64,000 nucleotides of DNA from Felis catus (taxonomy: Eukaryota): positions 6,200,001 through 6,264,000 of the forward strand of contig NC_058369.1 of the NCBI RefSeq assembly GCF_018350175.1, given 5' to 3'. The position numbers and the translations under genes were made by a program. Under the pieces are notes generated by a model, which searched no databases, had not been told where the DNA came from, and was given only the letters and a program-made list of their open reading frames with translations. Below are positions 51,501 to 64,000 of the stretch, piece by piece (positions within the stretch are counted from its first letter, which is position 1; each line of letters begins with the position of its first letter).

Positions 51501-54500
51501 GGTTGTTCCTGCTAACCCGTCATGGCTGGATTATTTTCAGTACCAACCAGATCCGCACGTTTGGACGGTTGGGGTCCGACCAGACCACTGAAGATGGTCA
51601 CTGGGTTGTCCCAGTCATAGGACTTAGGATTTAGGACCAGATCCCCTATAACTGGGCATTCAGGTTGTTCCAGCCAATTCAACCTGGCTGGACATTTACA
51701 AGGCAACCAAGTCCCCGTTTGAACATTTAGGGTCTGACTAGGCCGCTGCAGTTGGTCCCTGGGTTGTCCCTAACAGTCTTCTACGGGGATTTAGGATTTT
51801 TGTAGGGCTTTCCCTGTGTTTGGATGTTTAGGTTCCTACCACATACCCTCTGGTTGGGCATTTAGGGTCCATCCAGGCCCTTGAGGGCAGAGTCTCTGCG
51901 TGTTCCTATAGAAGCTTCCTTCTTTTATAGGTAGGAATTTAGGTTGTACCAGGAAATGTACCAGTGGTTGGGCAGTTGCGTTCCAACCAAATCCCTTATG
52001 ATCGGGCATTCAGGTTTTAATCAATTCCCAAGCTGGACATTTTACATTGCAGAGTTTTGCTGTTAAAAGGGACTGAAAAGAAATCAGTAACAATAATATA
52101 TAAAACAACAGGAAAAAGCAATTTCTGAAAACCAGATGAAACACAGGTAGAAGGTATAAAGCCGACCCAGTTCTCAATGGCCCCAGTCAGCCACTGAGTT
52201 CCTTTGATCACTGAAGTAATTCAAGCATATGACCCTTTTGCTCACTGGGCTGAGGCCAGATCACTTCTCCCCTCCCCAGCCCGGCTGCAGACTTTGGTCC
52301 AGCTGGGTGGATGCAGATATACACGTCCGCCTCGTCCTCCAGCTTGCTGGGAAATGGTTTCATTTTCTTGTTCCCATCACATCTGTCTCTAAAGGGAGGG
52401 TGACAAGAGCCAGCACTCCCTTCGAGTGTCCACAGTGACTTTGGACAAGGATGCCATGTTTCTCCATTTGGCCCACGTGCAAGATGGGCCAGCAAATGTT
52501 CAGCTCTTATTGGAAGTTTGTTGATCTAGTCTACCGACCCCCCCCCCCCAACTTGGTCCCGTGGGACCCATGGCCACGGGGGCTGATCCAGCCTAGTCCG
52601 GGAGCACGGCCGTGCTGACTGCTTCTGGTGTCCTGCAGATCCGAACGCTGGGGTACTGTTGCCAACTGGTTGGTGGGGTCCTGGTGGAGCAGTGTCCGGC
52701 CAGGTCAGAAGTGGGGACGCGCCTGCTGACACTGTCCTCCCAACTCAGCCACTGTAGGACTGTCCTGCGACTCTTTGACGACATGGCCATGTTTATCTAC
52801 ACGAAGCAGTATGGCCTGGGGGCAGAGGTAAAGGGGCCGTAGAGAGGGAGGCACAGACTCTGGGCAAAAACTGGTGTTTTCTGGACTTGTCTGAAGGCTG
52901 TTGTGTGGGCAGTTTATTGTTTTGTTTTGTTTTTTAAAGTTTATTTATTTTGAGAGAGAGAGGGAGAGTGGGCAGGGGAGGGGCAGAGAGAGAGGGAGAG
53001 AGAGAACCCCAAGCAGGCTCCACACTGTCAGCACAGAGCCCGATGGTGGACTTGAACTCATGAACCTCGAGATCATGACCTGAGCTGAAACCAAGGATCA
53101 GATGCTCAACCGACTGAACCACCCAGGAGCCCCGGCAGTTTAATGTTTTTTTAAGAAAACTTTTGCTTTCTTTTTTGAGATAATCATATGTTCTCGTTTT
53201 AATTTAAATTAAAAAATAAGTGGGGCGCCTGGGTGGCTCAGTCGGTTAAGCATCCGACTCTTGATTTTGGCTCAGGTCATGAGCTCATGGTTCGTGGGAT
53301 CGAGCCCTGCGTCGGGCTCTGTGCTCTCTCTCAAAATAAATAAATAAATCTAAAAAAATAGCTTCTACATTCATACATTCCAAAAGGCTATATGGGCTTG
53401 TATGTAGACTAAAAAGTCTCCCTCCTTCCTGATCCCCCTTCCCCAGTTTTCCTCCTCAGAGGCAGCTGTTGTCGGCTTTCTGTGATTGCTTCATGAGACC
53501 TGTACACGCACAGGCAAATACGCATTGTTTATATAATGAGCTGTGTGCCATTTTCACTGTCCCGCCACTTGCTTTTTTCGCTTAAACAGCGCAACTTGGA
53601 GGGCACTCCACATAGGTCCAAACAGAGCTCCCTCCTTCGTTGTGGCCACCTAGCACTTGCTATGCAGTTGGCTGGTCCCCTGTTGAGGGACATGGAGGTT
53701 TGGCTGTTACAAGGGGACTGCAGCGTTCTGCAGGAAGGCGCGTAATCTAGAACAGTGTTCCCTTGCCTGGGGCCATCTTGTTCCCCCAGGGGACATTTCC
53801 CCAGGGGATGAGCTCAGAAGCTGCCTGGGGCCATCCTGGCCAAGTCATGCCCCTCCCTGGGTGTCCTGCCCAACCCCTCTCCTGTCCCCTCTCTGAGCCA
53901 CTCCATGTTCGCTCCCACCCTCGCTCCACCCCAGTGCCCATGGCCCAGTCACCCCAACTTCAGGTGCTTTCCTGGACCTTCCCCCTGTTTTGAAGCCCAT
54001 CTCCTATCTTCTTCTTTGATTAGGGCATGCTTCCCATGTGCCCCCTGAGGACCCCTCCCCCCACATCTCTGCGTCCCTAGACCAGGGGCCCTGTGCACCT
54101 CGTCTCTCCCTTGGCCAGAACAGGAACTCCTTTGTTGGGTCCAGTGTTTCTGTGTCTGTGCCCCCTGCCCAGTGAGCATCTCCTCCCCGGTGTAGGGCCT
54201 TGACCTTGCTGCTTCTCTGGAGACACTGGAATGAGCACACTGGGGAGGGGCAAGGAGGGGCGGGGAGGGCTCTGTTCTCATGGAGGAGTGGAATGTGCCA
54301 GCACACCAGAAGGTCCAGGCAGGATAGGGGAGCTGGAGTGGGGTTCAAACCCAGAGGCAGGCAGGGTCACAGCTGGCTAGTGGGAAGGAAGGGGGCATTG
54401 GTGGGGCTCATGAGGGGGATCCTGGGAAGATGGAGAGGAGGGAGCGGGTATGGCAGGCAGCTTGGAGGCCCCCAGGGGCCTGGATCCTGGGGGGTGGGGC

Positions 54501-57500
54501 CCAGGCCCCTGCAGCCTCAACTGGATACAGGCGGTGGCTCAGAACTCAGGCTTGAAGGGCTTGGGTTCTGCTATTTGAAGGCCTGAGGCCTGTCCTTGTA
54601 GGAGAAGGGGCACGCGGCAGCTCACCCCAGGCACCCCCAGTTTGCCTGTTTGTGGGGATGTGCCCCCTCTCTGGTCTGGGGAGGCGACCCGAGCCTTGCA
54701 GCCTCGTGCCCACTTACTGTCAGCACTGAGTGCAGAAGCCTGGTGGTACCATAGCACCCTGCCTGTGGGGTCACGGTTCCCTCATGGGAGTCATCTGCGA
54801 ACTTGAAAGACATTTCTGGGGGCGCCTGTGTGGGTGAGGCCGTTGATCGTCCGACTTTGGCTCAGGCCATGATCCCGCTGGATTTGAGCCCCGAGTAGGG
54901 CTTTCTGCTGTCAGCTCGGAGCCCGCTTCGGATCCCCTGTCGCCCTCTCTCTGTCCCTCCCTAGCTCACGTTCTCTTTCAAAAATAAATATATATGTATA
55001 TAAAAAACATTCCTGGTGCCAGTGCCCACCCTAGACCTAGTGAGGCAGAAACCCTGGGGATAGGGTCTTTTTTAAAATTTATTGTTTATTGTTGTTTTAT
55101 TTATTGTTTAATGTTTTACTTTTATTTTTGAGAGACAAAGAGAGACCAAGCATGAGCAGGGGAGGGCCAGAGAGAGAGGGAGACACACAATCCGAAGCAG
55201 GCTGTGCTGACAGCTCAGAGCCCAGTGTGGGGCTCAAACTCACGAACCGTGAGATCACGACCTGAGCTGAAGTCAGAAGCTTAACTGACTGAGCCATGCA
55301 GGCACCCCTAGAGGTGGGGGTTTTGAAGCTCCCCGGGGACTCCCGACACCTTCTGTTCCACTGGGCGATGACCACACCATTGGGAAGCAGAAATCAGGCC
55401 TTTCTCCTGCAGTGGCCCAGCCATGGGCCAGCCAGCTGGGCCTGGACATTGCCCTGTGACTGCCACCTGGCCTGGTCTGGGTCCCTAAAGTGGACGTGGG
55501 TAGGTCTGACTCCAGGCCCATCCCCCGCTCTCTCCTGGTCCTGCAGGAGGAAGACTTCTTTGTCCGTGGCGTATCCGTCCTGGGCAACCTGGCGGATCAG
55601 CTCTACTACCCCTGTGAGCACATCGCCTGGGCTGCCGATGCCAAGATCCTCCGTGCGGACTCTGCCCGGTGGTGGACACTGAGCACGGCCTTCTGGGGCC
55701 TCTCCCTGCTGCTGGGCATCGCCAGGCAAGTGGTGTTAGCACGCGCCGGCAGGCTGTATGGGTGCCCCGAGACCTGGGCCGGTGGGCAGACAGGCTGGAG
55801 GTGCAGGGTCTTGGCCTCTTCCCACAGTCCTCCTCTTGTTGCCCCCTCCCTGGATCCATCCAACGGCCGCCCTAACGGATGCCCACAAAGCCGGTGGCTT
55901 CAAACGTCACACGCTGACTGTCTCGCCGTGCTGGAGGGCGGACGTCCAGTAGGGACTCCCCGGGCTAGAAATCGGGAGGCTGCAGGGGACAATTTGTTCC
56001 TGCCTTTTCCGGCTTCTGGAGGCCACTGCCCTGCTCGGCTCGTGGCCCCTCCTTCCATCTCAGAGCCTGTGCCTCCAGCCTGTGTCCCTTGTCACATCTT
56101 CTCTAACTCCAACCCCGTGCGTCCTTCTTCTGGGTGTCATCCCAGGGCCACCTCGGTCACCTCCCATTTCAAACCCTTAACTCGGTCACATCTGCAGAGT
56201 TTTTTAGCATGTAAGGGAGCACACTCACAGGTCCTGGGGACTAGGATGTGGACATGTTTGGCACGTGCGTGATTGTTCCCGCCGGAGCCAGGAAGAATAA
56301 GTCCAGGCCTGGACCCGGTCTCTCCGTGTGCGTGGTCATCGGCGCACATCCCCGGACAAAACAGCCAGGGGTTTCCTGTCTGGCTGTGTGCTTCTGAAAC
56401 CCGTGTCGTTTCTAGAACTGTGAAAGAATGGTTTCCTCCCAAACATTTTCCTCTCTACAGAGAGTTTGCTGAGTGGGTTTGTTGAGAGTCCCCTGCCCAG
56501 AAAACACAGGCAGAGCGTTCCCCCCCCCCCCCCCGCCCCGCCCCATACTGGCGTTTCCCGGCAGATGGGAATGCCCCTCTGGTGGCACATCCCCCTCTCT
56601 GTTGATGCAGGTCATTGTGGATGGTCCTGAAACTGAGACAGAGGCTGAGGGACCCCGCGGTGGCCTTTACCAGGTATGACATCCAGGGACATCTGGGGTT
56701 TGGTCGGGAGAAGGCTGACTTCGTCCTGCACGCTGGGGACCCAGGTGGGAGCCAGGAAGCTGCTTCCACCAGTTATGAGCCTCGTCCTCTGCAGGCCTGG
56801 GCTGGGGTGGCCGCGTGTGCTAGATCATGGGGCCTATGGCAGCTCCAGGGACTGGCACAGGTGGGGAAACTGAGGCTTGCTTGAGGCCCTGTAGACAGGA
56901 AGTGGCTGAGCCTTCATGGCGGCGCCCCCAGCAGGGAGGCTGATCTGGGACAGTCGTTTCTTGAGGACTGTGCTCACCGTCCATGTTTCATCCGGGCTGG
57001 GAGGGAATGTGGGGCAAAGCCGCACCCGGCAGGCCCAGAAGCTGGGCCCCCACCAGTCCCCCCACCCGTCTCCAGTGGCCAGACGACCGAGGTGTGGGTT
57101 TGAGACTTTTCCTGCCAGTCTGTGCCCTTTTCGTGCCATGAGCTCCCTGTTGGGGGGTGTGACAGGGACCCGGTCCCACATTTCCCTCCCTCTGCTGTCA
57201 CCTCTTCCGGCCTGTTTGGGGGAGCAAAGGCACTCGTGGGTCGTCCCCAGCACCTTCTCTCTGCTCCCACAGCCGGCTGCCGCGGAGCAAGAGGAGGGCC
57301 TTGGAGGCCCAGGTTCAGTCGGAGGTGCTGACTCTCCTGAGCAACCTGGCCGATCTGGCCAACGCCGTGCACTGGCTGCCTCCGGGCGTCCTGTGGGCCG
57401 GCCGCTTCCCCCCGTGGCTGGTGGGCCTCCTGGGCACCGTCTCCTCCCTCCTCAGTGTGTACCAGGCCGTCCGGGCCGGTGACTGGACCGAGGCCACCGC

Positions 57501-57507
57501 CCCCTGA
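51283..57507 (+). CDS. PEX11G: Peroxisomal biogenesis factor 11 gamma, complete, 5 exons, 241 aa
   Basis: Exons 51283-51342 (MAALSSLASALESYRGRDRL), 52639-52827, 55547-55725 (GC donor), 56611-56673, 57273-57507; total 726 nt; motifs LRLFDD, YYPCEHIAW, AVHWLPPG. Confidence 0.95.
52912..53359. mobile_element. Oppositely oriented Can-SINE pair (52912-53133 -, 53222-53359 +) in PEX11G intron 2
   Basis: SINEC heads in head-to-head orientation. Confidence 0.9.
54818..55308. mobile_element. Oppositely oriented Can-SINE pair (54818-55007 +, 55068-55308 -) in PEX11G intron 2
   Basis: SINEC copies in tail-to-tail orientation. Confidence 0.88.
55880..56260. mobile_element. MLT1-like MaLR LTR remnant
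   Basis: ggtggcttcaaac, tcacatctgcagag and cactcacaggtcctggggactaggatgtggacat motifs. Confidence 0.6.
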
Positions 57508-57904
57508 CGTGGCCCGGGAGGTGTGGATGCAGCCGGAACCCCACCGGAGGGCCCCCTCCCACAAGGCAGAAATCACCGGGGCTGGGGCTGGGTCTTTAAT
57601 TGAGCGAGTCAACGCCAGGTGTAGGGAGGTACGGCCCAGAGAACACTCGAGCAGCCTTGGGGACAAGGCCAGGTGGGGCAGGATGTAGGCAGGGGTGAGG
57701 TCCCCCGAGTGCTGAGGGCTAGGGCCTTCCGGGCTCAGTGGGGGAGGCTGCTCTCAGGTCCAGAGTAGGGGTCTCCAGGCCTCACGTGCAGAGGAACCTC
57801 AGCAGACCCTCGCGTGGCCTGTGTCCTGCGTTCCAATCAAGGCGAGCAGGAGAGCCCAGGCGGCGTGTGCCAGGTGGGCCTTGGGACAACGGAAACGAGG
57901 ATCA

Positions 57905-57910
57905 ATTAAA
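57905..57910 (+). terminator. PEX11G: Candidate PEX11G poly(A) signal ATTAAA
   Basis: First canonical-type hexamer found about 400 nt after the stop codon, followed by GT-rich sequence. Confidence 0.5.
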
Positions 57911-59779
57911 GGGTGTGCTGGTGCCAGGCCCACGTGTGAGCTCATTCTTGTCTCGCTGGCTCCTGCCCCTCCCGCCCGCAGGCCCCCTGGCTCACACCAG
58001 GCCCCTGGGCCTTATTTTCCGCGGTGTGTAAGTGCTGCATGGATGTGGTGGGTGCCTGGAAACCACACCTCCCCAGCCTGCCTCCTGGAACGTGCTTGGC
58101 TCAGTGGGTCCTCTCGGACTCTGTGAGCACAGCCCACCCGGCCCGGAGCAGCCCTTGGCCGAGGCGGGCGGCTCTCCCGCCCGTCTCAGGCACAGGGGCC
58201 ACACGGACGCCGCCTCCCACCCCCACGCCTGGGTCTTGTCCTCCTGGGTATCGCTGGGGTGCTTGTGGCGGCTGAAGCATGCCACGCTCCGACATGGCCA
58301 GGACCCAGGGCTGGTCTGAGGGTGTCGTGGGCGCCAAGCTGGGGCTGGGCCATGCAGGCTCCCGTCTCCCTCCTCGTGGGGATCAGGGTGCGATGGGATG
58401 CATTTACTGTTCAGGCTGATGTTTGAGAGCCACCGCCCCCGTGTGGCCTCAGGCAGGCACCTGCAGGTGGTGGCCAGCCCACACCTGCCCCTCCCCGTGA
58501 CAGGAGTCCTGGTGGGAAGGCAGAGGGGGATCATGCTGTCCCTCTGGAAAGATCTAACAAAAAATGGCAGTTTGCAGCCCCTGGGGCTTCATGGGACACC
58601 CACCGCATCTTGTTTCCCAAGGAAGTGACGTGGTGGGAAGAGCTGGGGTGGAGGCCACTTTGGGTGGACACGGGGCGCAGGAGAGACCCCCCCCTTGGAG
58701 CACCCTGCCCCACCTGTCTGTCCCTGGGGTTCACAGGTGGGGGGTGGGCCAGGCTCTGCGCCCTTAGCAGAGGCCCCCTTCCCAGCACTCAGGGCCACCA
58801 GGGAGATTGGGGGGGGGCGGTCACAGCAGCACCCACTCACCTGCCTGGAGACTCAGTTAATACAAGGCACCCAGGGCAGGGTGTCTGTGGGCAAACCACG
58901 TGAGCACCTGGATGCTAACGTGTCAGGTCACGGGTGCCCCAACAGGCTGGTGTCCCTGTGGGCCCGGGCTGTGTGGGAACACTGCTGGGTGGTCAAGGAG
59001 AAGCCCCACCTGCAGTGTGGCCACACCCCCTGCTCAGCCTCTTCAGGTCTTCGTTCCCAGGAGCTGGGCCTCAACAGGTTCTCTCGGGACCCAGGGAGTA
59101 CACATGGCAGCAAACTGGGGAGCAGGGAGGCTGGTGGGCCTGGAGGATGGCCCAGAGGCCAGCCATGGCTCCTTGTCAAGAAGGCTGACGCCCAAAGACC
59201 ACGGGGACAGGTCTGAACGGAAGGGGGCCGTGCTGGAGCGGGGAGGACTGGCGGTGCTCCCACACCTCAGTCCCCTGCGGAGGGCTGCTTCTCCCCGGGC
59301 CACGGCCGCCCTGGCCTCGCCACCACCCCCAGTGTGATCATCATCTGGAGCATCCTCAGAGGGGACCAGGGCGGGCTTGTGGGCTGGGCTCCTCTGTTCG
59401 GGGCCACGTTGCTTGCCCAGGAGGAGCCTCAGCATCCCTGAAGCCACCACCCCAGCTGCGGGGCAGGGGAGTGTCCTGCACTCTTCCACAGGCCTGACCC
59501 CTGCATGCAGCAGGTGGGAACATCAGCTCGGGGGGCTCCTACGGCATCCCGGCCACGCAGGTCCTGTGGAGGGGAGTCTGCGGGGCCCTGAGCGCGGCAT
59601 CCAGGCCTCCCCCAGGTCCTACTGCAGCAGGGGGTGTGGCGGGGGGGGCCCCACCTGGGGAGGGGAGCCACGGGAGTCTCCCCGTAATCCACCATCACAG
59701 CACCGGCGTTGGGCAGACGATCCTCAAACAAGACCCCAAACCCTCAATACGAACACTCCGTCTGCTCACCTCCGACGCT

Positions 59780-59785
59780 TTTATT
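59780..59785 (-). terminator. ARHGEF18: ARHGEF18 poly(A) signal AATAAA (3' UTR about 2 kb)
   Basis: tttatt on the + strand, with GT-rich sequence downstream on the minus strand. Confidence 0.7.
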
Positions 59786-61820
59786 GCTGGAATCAGGTCT
59801 TAAGTTCTAAGACGGTTCTGAAAGATCCCGCGGTGAGGAAACGCAATCATCGTAAAAGCAATTGTCGGGTGGACTAAGATTATGGTCACGATTAACAAAG
59901 ACGCGCACAGATTCCACAGAAATAGTATCTGTTCAGCCACCGACCACACAAGGAGAACTGGGCTCTACCCAGGGGTGACCTCCTGCTGGCCAGACATGTA
60001 CCGCCACTGCCCCGCTGCGTGGCACGACCGAGAAATGCTCTCGGCCCCGTGGCGGGGAGCCCCGACTGCTGCCACGTGGCTGAGCGGAAACTCCTCACCG
60101 CGAGGGGCACCTGGCGGTCACATCGCCCAGCACAAGGGCCCAGGAGTGTTCTCTTTACGACAGGACAGGGACCTAAAGTCAACTTTTCTAAAGTGCTCCG
60201 ATACGTCTCGGTACGACACGAACACTGATTAGAGACGTGGCACAGGTCGGCTCCGCTGTGTCACAGGACCGAGGGAGACGGCTTTTCCTTGCTCCTCGAG
60301 GAGGAGGAGGACACAGTCGAGAGCGGGGAGAGGAGGGAGCAGGCGGGGCTTCTCGGAGAGGCCCGGGAACGTCACACCATTTCCTGTGCTTGGGAGAGGT
60401 TCACGACCGCTGCTTTCGGTTCCTCCGTCAGGAATGCCTGTGTCGCTCCACCCTGCAGCGCCCCCGCTCCTTGGTCAGCGAGGGACCCAAGTCCTCCCGC
60501 CAATGCCTTGGAAGGGACTGGGCTCTGGGCTCGGTGGCGGGGCCAGGGGTGCAAAGGCTGCGGGATCCCCACTCACCCACCCGGCACCCAGAGTTCCTCC
60601 ACAGCTGAAGTGTGGCTCTGACCCGTTTGCCACCCCTGACCGTTCCTGGACATCTAACACCCTCCCTCTCACCCCCTGCCGTCCACAGCTGTGCGGCTGG
60701 ACTGTGGGGTGGGGGGGAGCTGCCCTCCAGGGAAAGTGGACAGTAAGCTAGCATGGCTCACTGGGCATGAGGCACCCACGGCCATCTGGCCACCTAAGGT
60801 CTCCTGGCCACACGTGACCCCTCTAGCATCTCACCCTTGTCTGCCAGGGCAGGGCAGCCCCACCACTCCATTCCCTAAACCAGCACCTGCCCCTCAGTGA
60901 GGGACACCTGTCCCGGGGGCTTCCTCCCTGTGGCCCCAGGAATACCAGCCCATCTCATGGGGGCTGGGGACCCTCTGCTAGGAGCGGGACTCTCAGGAGT
61001 GCACGAGTCCTGCCTAAAGCTCTCGATTTGCCTTCTCCGGACAGGCTGAATGCCCAGAGAACAGCTGGTGCCCTTGAATCCCACAGAATCATGCCAACTG
61101 GGTGAGGTTCCTCTGGGAAGCACAAAGTTGAGCAACAGCAGGTTTTAAAAACCTCTGTCAAATTAAAATGAGTTATGGCCCGCCCCTTCCAGAACCTATA
61201 GAACCTGTCTACGGTGCCACTGGCCATCCCCTTCATACGCCCTGCCCTGTGGCCCTCTGTCCCCAGGCGGGCTGTGTGCCACCCCTGGTCTGAGCTCACG
61301 CCCTCGGCCTTGAGGTTCACCGTGAACACATGTAGGTTTCTGCTTTGGAAGCTGATTCTGCTGACACCACCCACCCCTCCTGGTGCCCTAATGACACGTT
61401 CCAGCGTCTCCTGGGGGCTGCGGAGCCTGGCCCAGGGCCAGCACCTCCTCCTTAGACTGGGGTCTGGCCTGTCACCAGGCTTCTTGCGTTGGGCAGTCCC
61501 TGGGAATGATGGCGTGGAGTTGCTCTCTCCCTACTCACGTGGGGTGCTACAACTGAACACAGCTCCTTAGGTCAGCTCTGGCTCACCCTTCGATTACAAA
61601 CTTTCCTTTCTGTATCAAAAAAAGAAGTTTAGAAAGTTACCCAGGCACCATTGCTAATCCTACAGAAAGAGCCTCGAGACGACAGGCCCGCCCTGGCCCA
61701 GACCCCAGCCCCAGCCATGCGGTCGCTGGTGTTGGTCTGCTAGGGAAGGGGGGAGGGACAACTGGGCTGCTCCCCGGAGAGCAGGACAGGGAGGGGTCTG
61801 CACCTGGAGCCACAGCCCCT

Positions 61821-64000
61821 CTAAAAGAAGATGACGTCTTCCTTGCCGGCTTCTTCCTTGTCCAGTGGCGTGGCGGGCAGTGGCAAGAAGGATGGGGGCA
61901 CGGGTGCGCCCCCGGGCTTGGAGCCCTCAGGGGGCACGTCGGCTGGGGCTGAGCCGCAGGGGTCTGGAAGAGAGGGGGGGTGGCGGGTGTCGGCAGCTGC
62001 CGGGCATCACGGCAGCCCCGCTGTCCCGGGGGGCCGGGCTCACCTGGGAGAGGCGTGGAGCCGTGGCTGCCTGGCAGGACGGGGCTCAGCGAGCGGCGGT
62101 TCCGAGAGGCGCCCTCGTCCTTGCCCATGAGCTTGCCGAGAAGCAGCTGCTGCTTCAGGTCGAAGGAGGCTGAGGGCAGAAGGGCACGGCCCGGGGTGTC
62201 TGGCCTCGCTCCAGGCACACAAGCAGCCCCCCTCCAACCCCTCCTTGGCTCTTCCCCCAGACGCTCGAGGGAGGACGCCGGCACCCATGACCAAGGGCGG
62301 CCCCAGGGACAGTGAGGCCGGACTACAGTGCGCCGCTGGAGAGAGACCCCGTGACCCCTGAGTCCCAGCAGTCCTGGGACACAGGCCCTGCTCCTCAGGG
62401 AACACCCCAGGGCTGGCTCCCCTCAGCCAGAGCCTGCATGCTGACAGCACCCGAGGGAGCCCCCCCGGGCTTTCCCTACCGGGGACCACTCGCTGCAGAG
62501 TGTTCTGTGCGAGGACCTCAGTGTCCCCTCTGTGGACCGAGGACCCCGTAGAGATGTGGGTGCTAGTGTCGGCACTGGCTGGGGGCTCGGTGGGAGTGTT
62601 AGCACTGCTTGCCTCGATGTCTCTCAGTGACCCAGGCTCTCTGACCTCTCCTCCTTGGTCACCCCTTTGCAGGGCCCCACTTTCTGAACTGCCAAGAGGT
62701 TCCCTCATCCCCAGTCCCAGTGTGAGGGCCGGGGTAGGAAAAGGACATGGGGTTTGATGTTTTCATTTTGCTTCTTGGGCCGGAAGACCACATGGGGACA
62801 GTTCGTCTCTGTAGCCTGGTGTCACCAGCTGTGCCTTCCAGTTTCCTCCTGGTGCCCCTTCCAGGGAACAGCCCTGGGGTCCCATTTTGGTTTGCTCCCA
62901 AGAAGCCGCTTTGGTCTCACAAACGGTGGTGAGTGGACCGGGTGGGCACCTGAGATCACCCGTCACCTAGAGCCCGCCAGGACTCGGCGGCCTCAGCTCC
63001 GCCCCCCCACTCCGGGCTCACCCGAGCTGTCCCAGCGCTGGGAGCCCCTGCTCTTGCCGCCCTTGTCCTTGCCGCCCTTGGTGGAGGCGGCCAGCTTGGT
63101 GGGGATTTGCTGCTGCACGGCCGCCTGCCTCTGGATCTGGTTGGTGGCGCTGAGCAGCTGGATGGGCACGTCGCTCTTGGCCGGCCGACCCTCCGCCGGG
63201 GTGCTGTCCCGGCGAGCCACCTCGGGGCGCTCTGGGAACTCGGGGCCCGAGCTGGACAGCAGCAGGCTCGCCCGGGGTCCTGGCGCTTTGGCGAGGCCGG
63301 TGGGCCCTTCCAGCCCTTCCCCGTTGAAGCTGGGAGCGTGGCTTGGGGGCTGGGCCTGAAAGAGGGACAGGCGCCACATCCCAGAGCTGTCCCTCCTGCT
63401 GGAGATCACGTCCCACCCCCCCAACCCCCCCAAAGCCGCTGTCCCCAGATCTGCAGTGTCCAGGGCCGGTTTCGCCCACTTGCCCCACCCAACCTCCTCT
63501 GGGTCCCGGGGCCACCTAAGCGCGCGCGGCTGGGAGGTTCTGTTTGGGGGCGGGGCCGGCGCCGGCCTCCCGGGTCGCCACTTACTGCTGCAGGCACGCG
63601 CACCCAAGGTTACACTTAGTCGCGCCCGCGCGCACGGCACTTATGCTGACACGCGCCGGGGCTCACGCGCCCCGCCCCTCACCTCGGCCAGCGCGTCGGG
63701 CGGCAGCGCCCCGGGCGCCGTGTTCTGCTTCTTGAGGCGCCGCTGCTGCTCCAGCTGCTCGCGCTCCCGCTCCACGGCGCGCTGCGCCTCCCGCAGCCGC
63801 TCCAGGTCGTGCTGGTAGGCGCGCCGCTGCCGCTCCAGCTGCTCGCGCTCCTGGCCCAGCCGCTCCTGCAGCTGCAGCGACTCTTCCTCGCGCTGCCGCA
63901 GCCGCGCCGAAGCCACGTCGAGCTCCTGCCGCTGGCGCTCCCGCTCGCGCTCCCAGCGCTGCTGCTCCAGCCGCAGCCGGCCCTGCTGCTTCTGCACGCC
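61821..64000 (-). CDS. ARHGEF18: Rho/Rac guanine nucleotide exchange factor 18 (p114RhoGEF), last four coding exons; 5' part beyond the window
   Basis: Exons 63683->64000 (coiled coil, [13 protein letters not shown]), 63022-63355 ([13 protein letters not shown]), 62044-62169 ([11 protein letters not shown]), 61821-61963 ending KEDVIFF* (TAG at 61821-61823). Confidence 0.93.

Noticed and set aside
55490-56272. 260-aa ORF extending PEX11G exon 3
   Set aside because: Read-through past the GC donor into intronic MLT1-like sequence.
57510-61820. Numerous short ORFs between PEX11G and ARHGEF18
   Set aside because: GC-rich 3' UTR and intergenic sequence without splice structure or recognisable homology; the candidate poly(A) signals imply the convergent genes do not overlap.

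Overview
Mammalian genomic DNA from a carnivore, almost certainly a felid, judging by the many Can-SINE/SINEC_Fc-type tRNA-derived SINEs. The gene order matches the human 19p13.2 block, read in reverse. In window order: PNPLA6/NTE (minus strand, 3' end runs off the left edge), MCOLN1 (minus, complete, 14 exons, 577 aa), ZNF358 (minus, single coding exon, 555 aa, 9 C2H2 fingers), SAXO5/TEX45/C19orf45 (minus, 8 coding exons, 505 aa), PEX11G (plus, 5 exons, 241 aa) and the 3' end of ARHGEF18 (minus). Exon boundaries were read by hand from splice signals and reading frame. A 249-nt assembly gap sits in the ZNF358 CpG island. The most notable observation is in PNPLA6: the 117-nt exon carrying the catalytic Asp (DGG motif) of the patatin domain is tandemly duplicated (1325-1441 and 1528-1644). 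The second copy is intact, shows purifying selection and encodes a remodelled active-site segment (DGC). The 86-nt intron between the copies has its last possible branch A only 44 nt from the donor, the canonical copy uses a GC donor, and nested complementary tracts flank it. Together these point to a mutually exclusive switch between two catalytic-site versions of NTE. I cannot check from here whether this has already been annotated.
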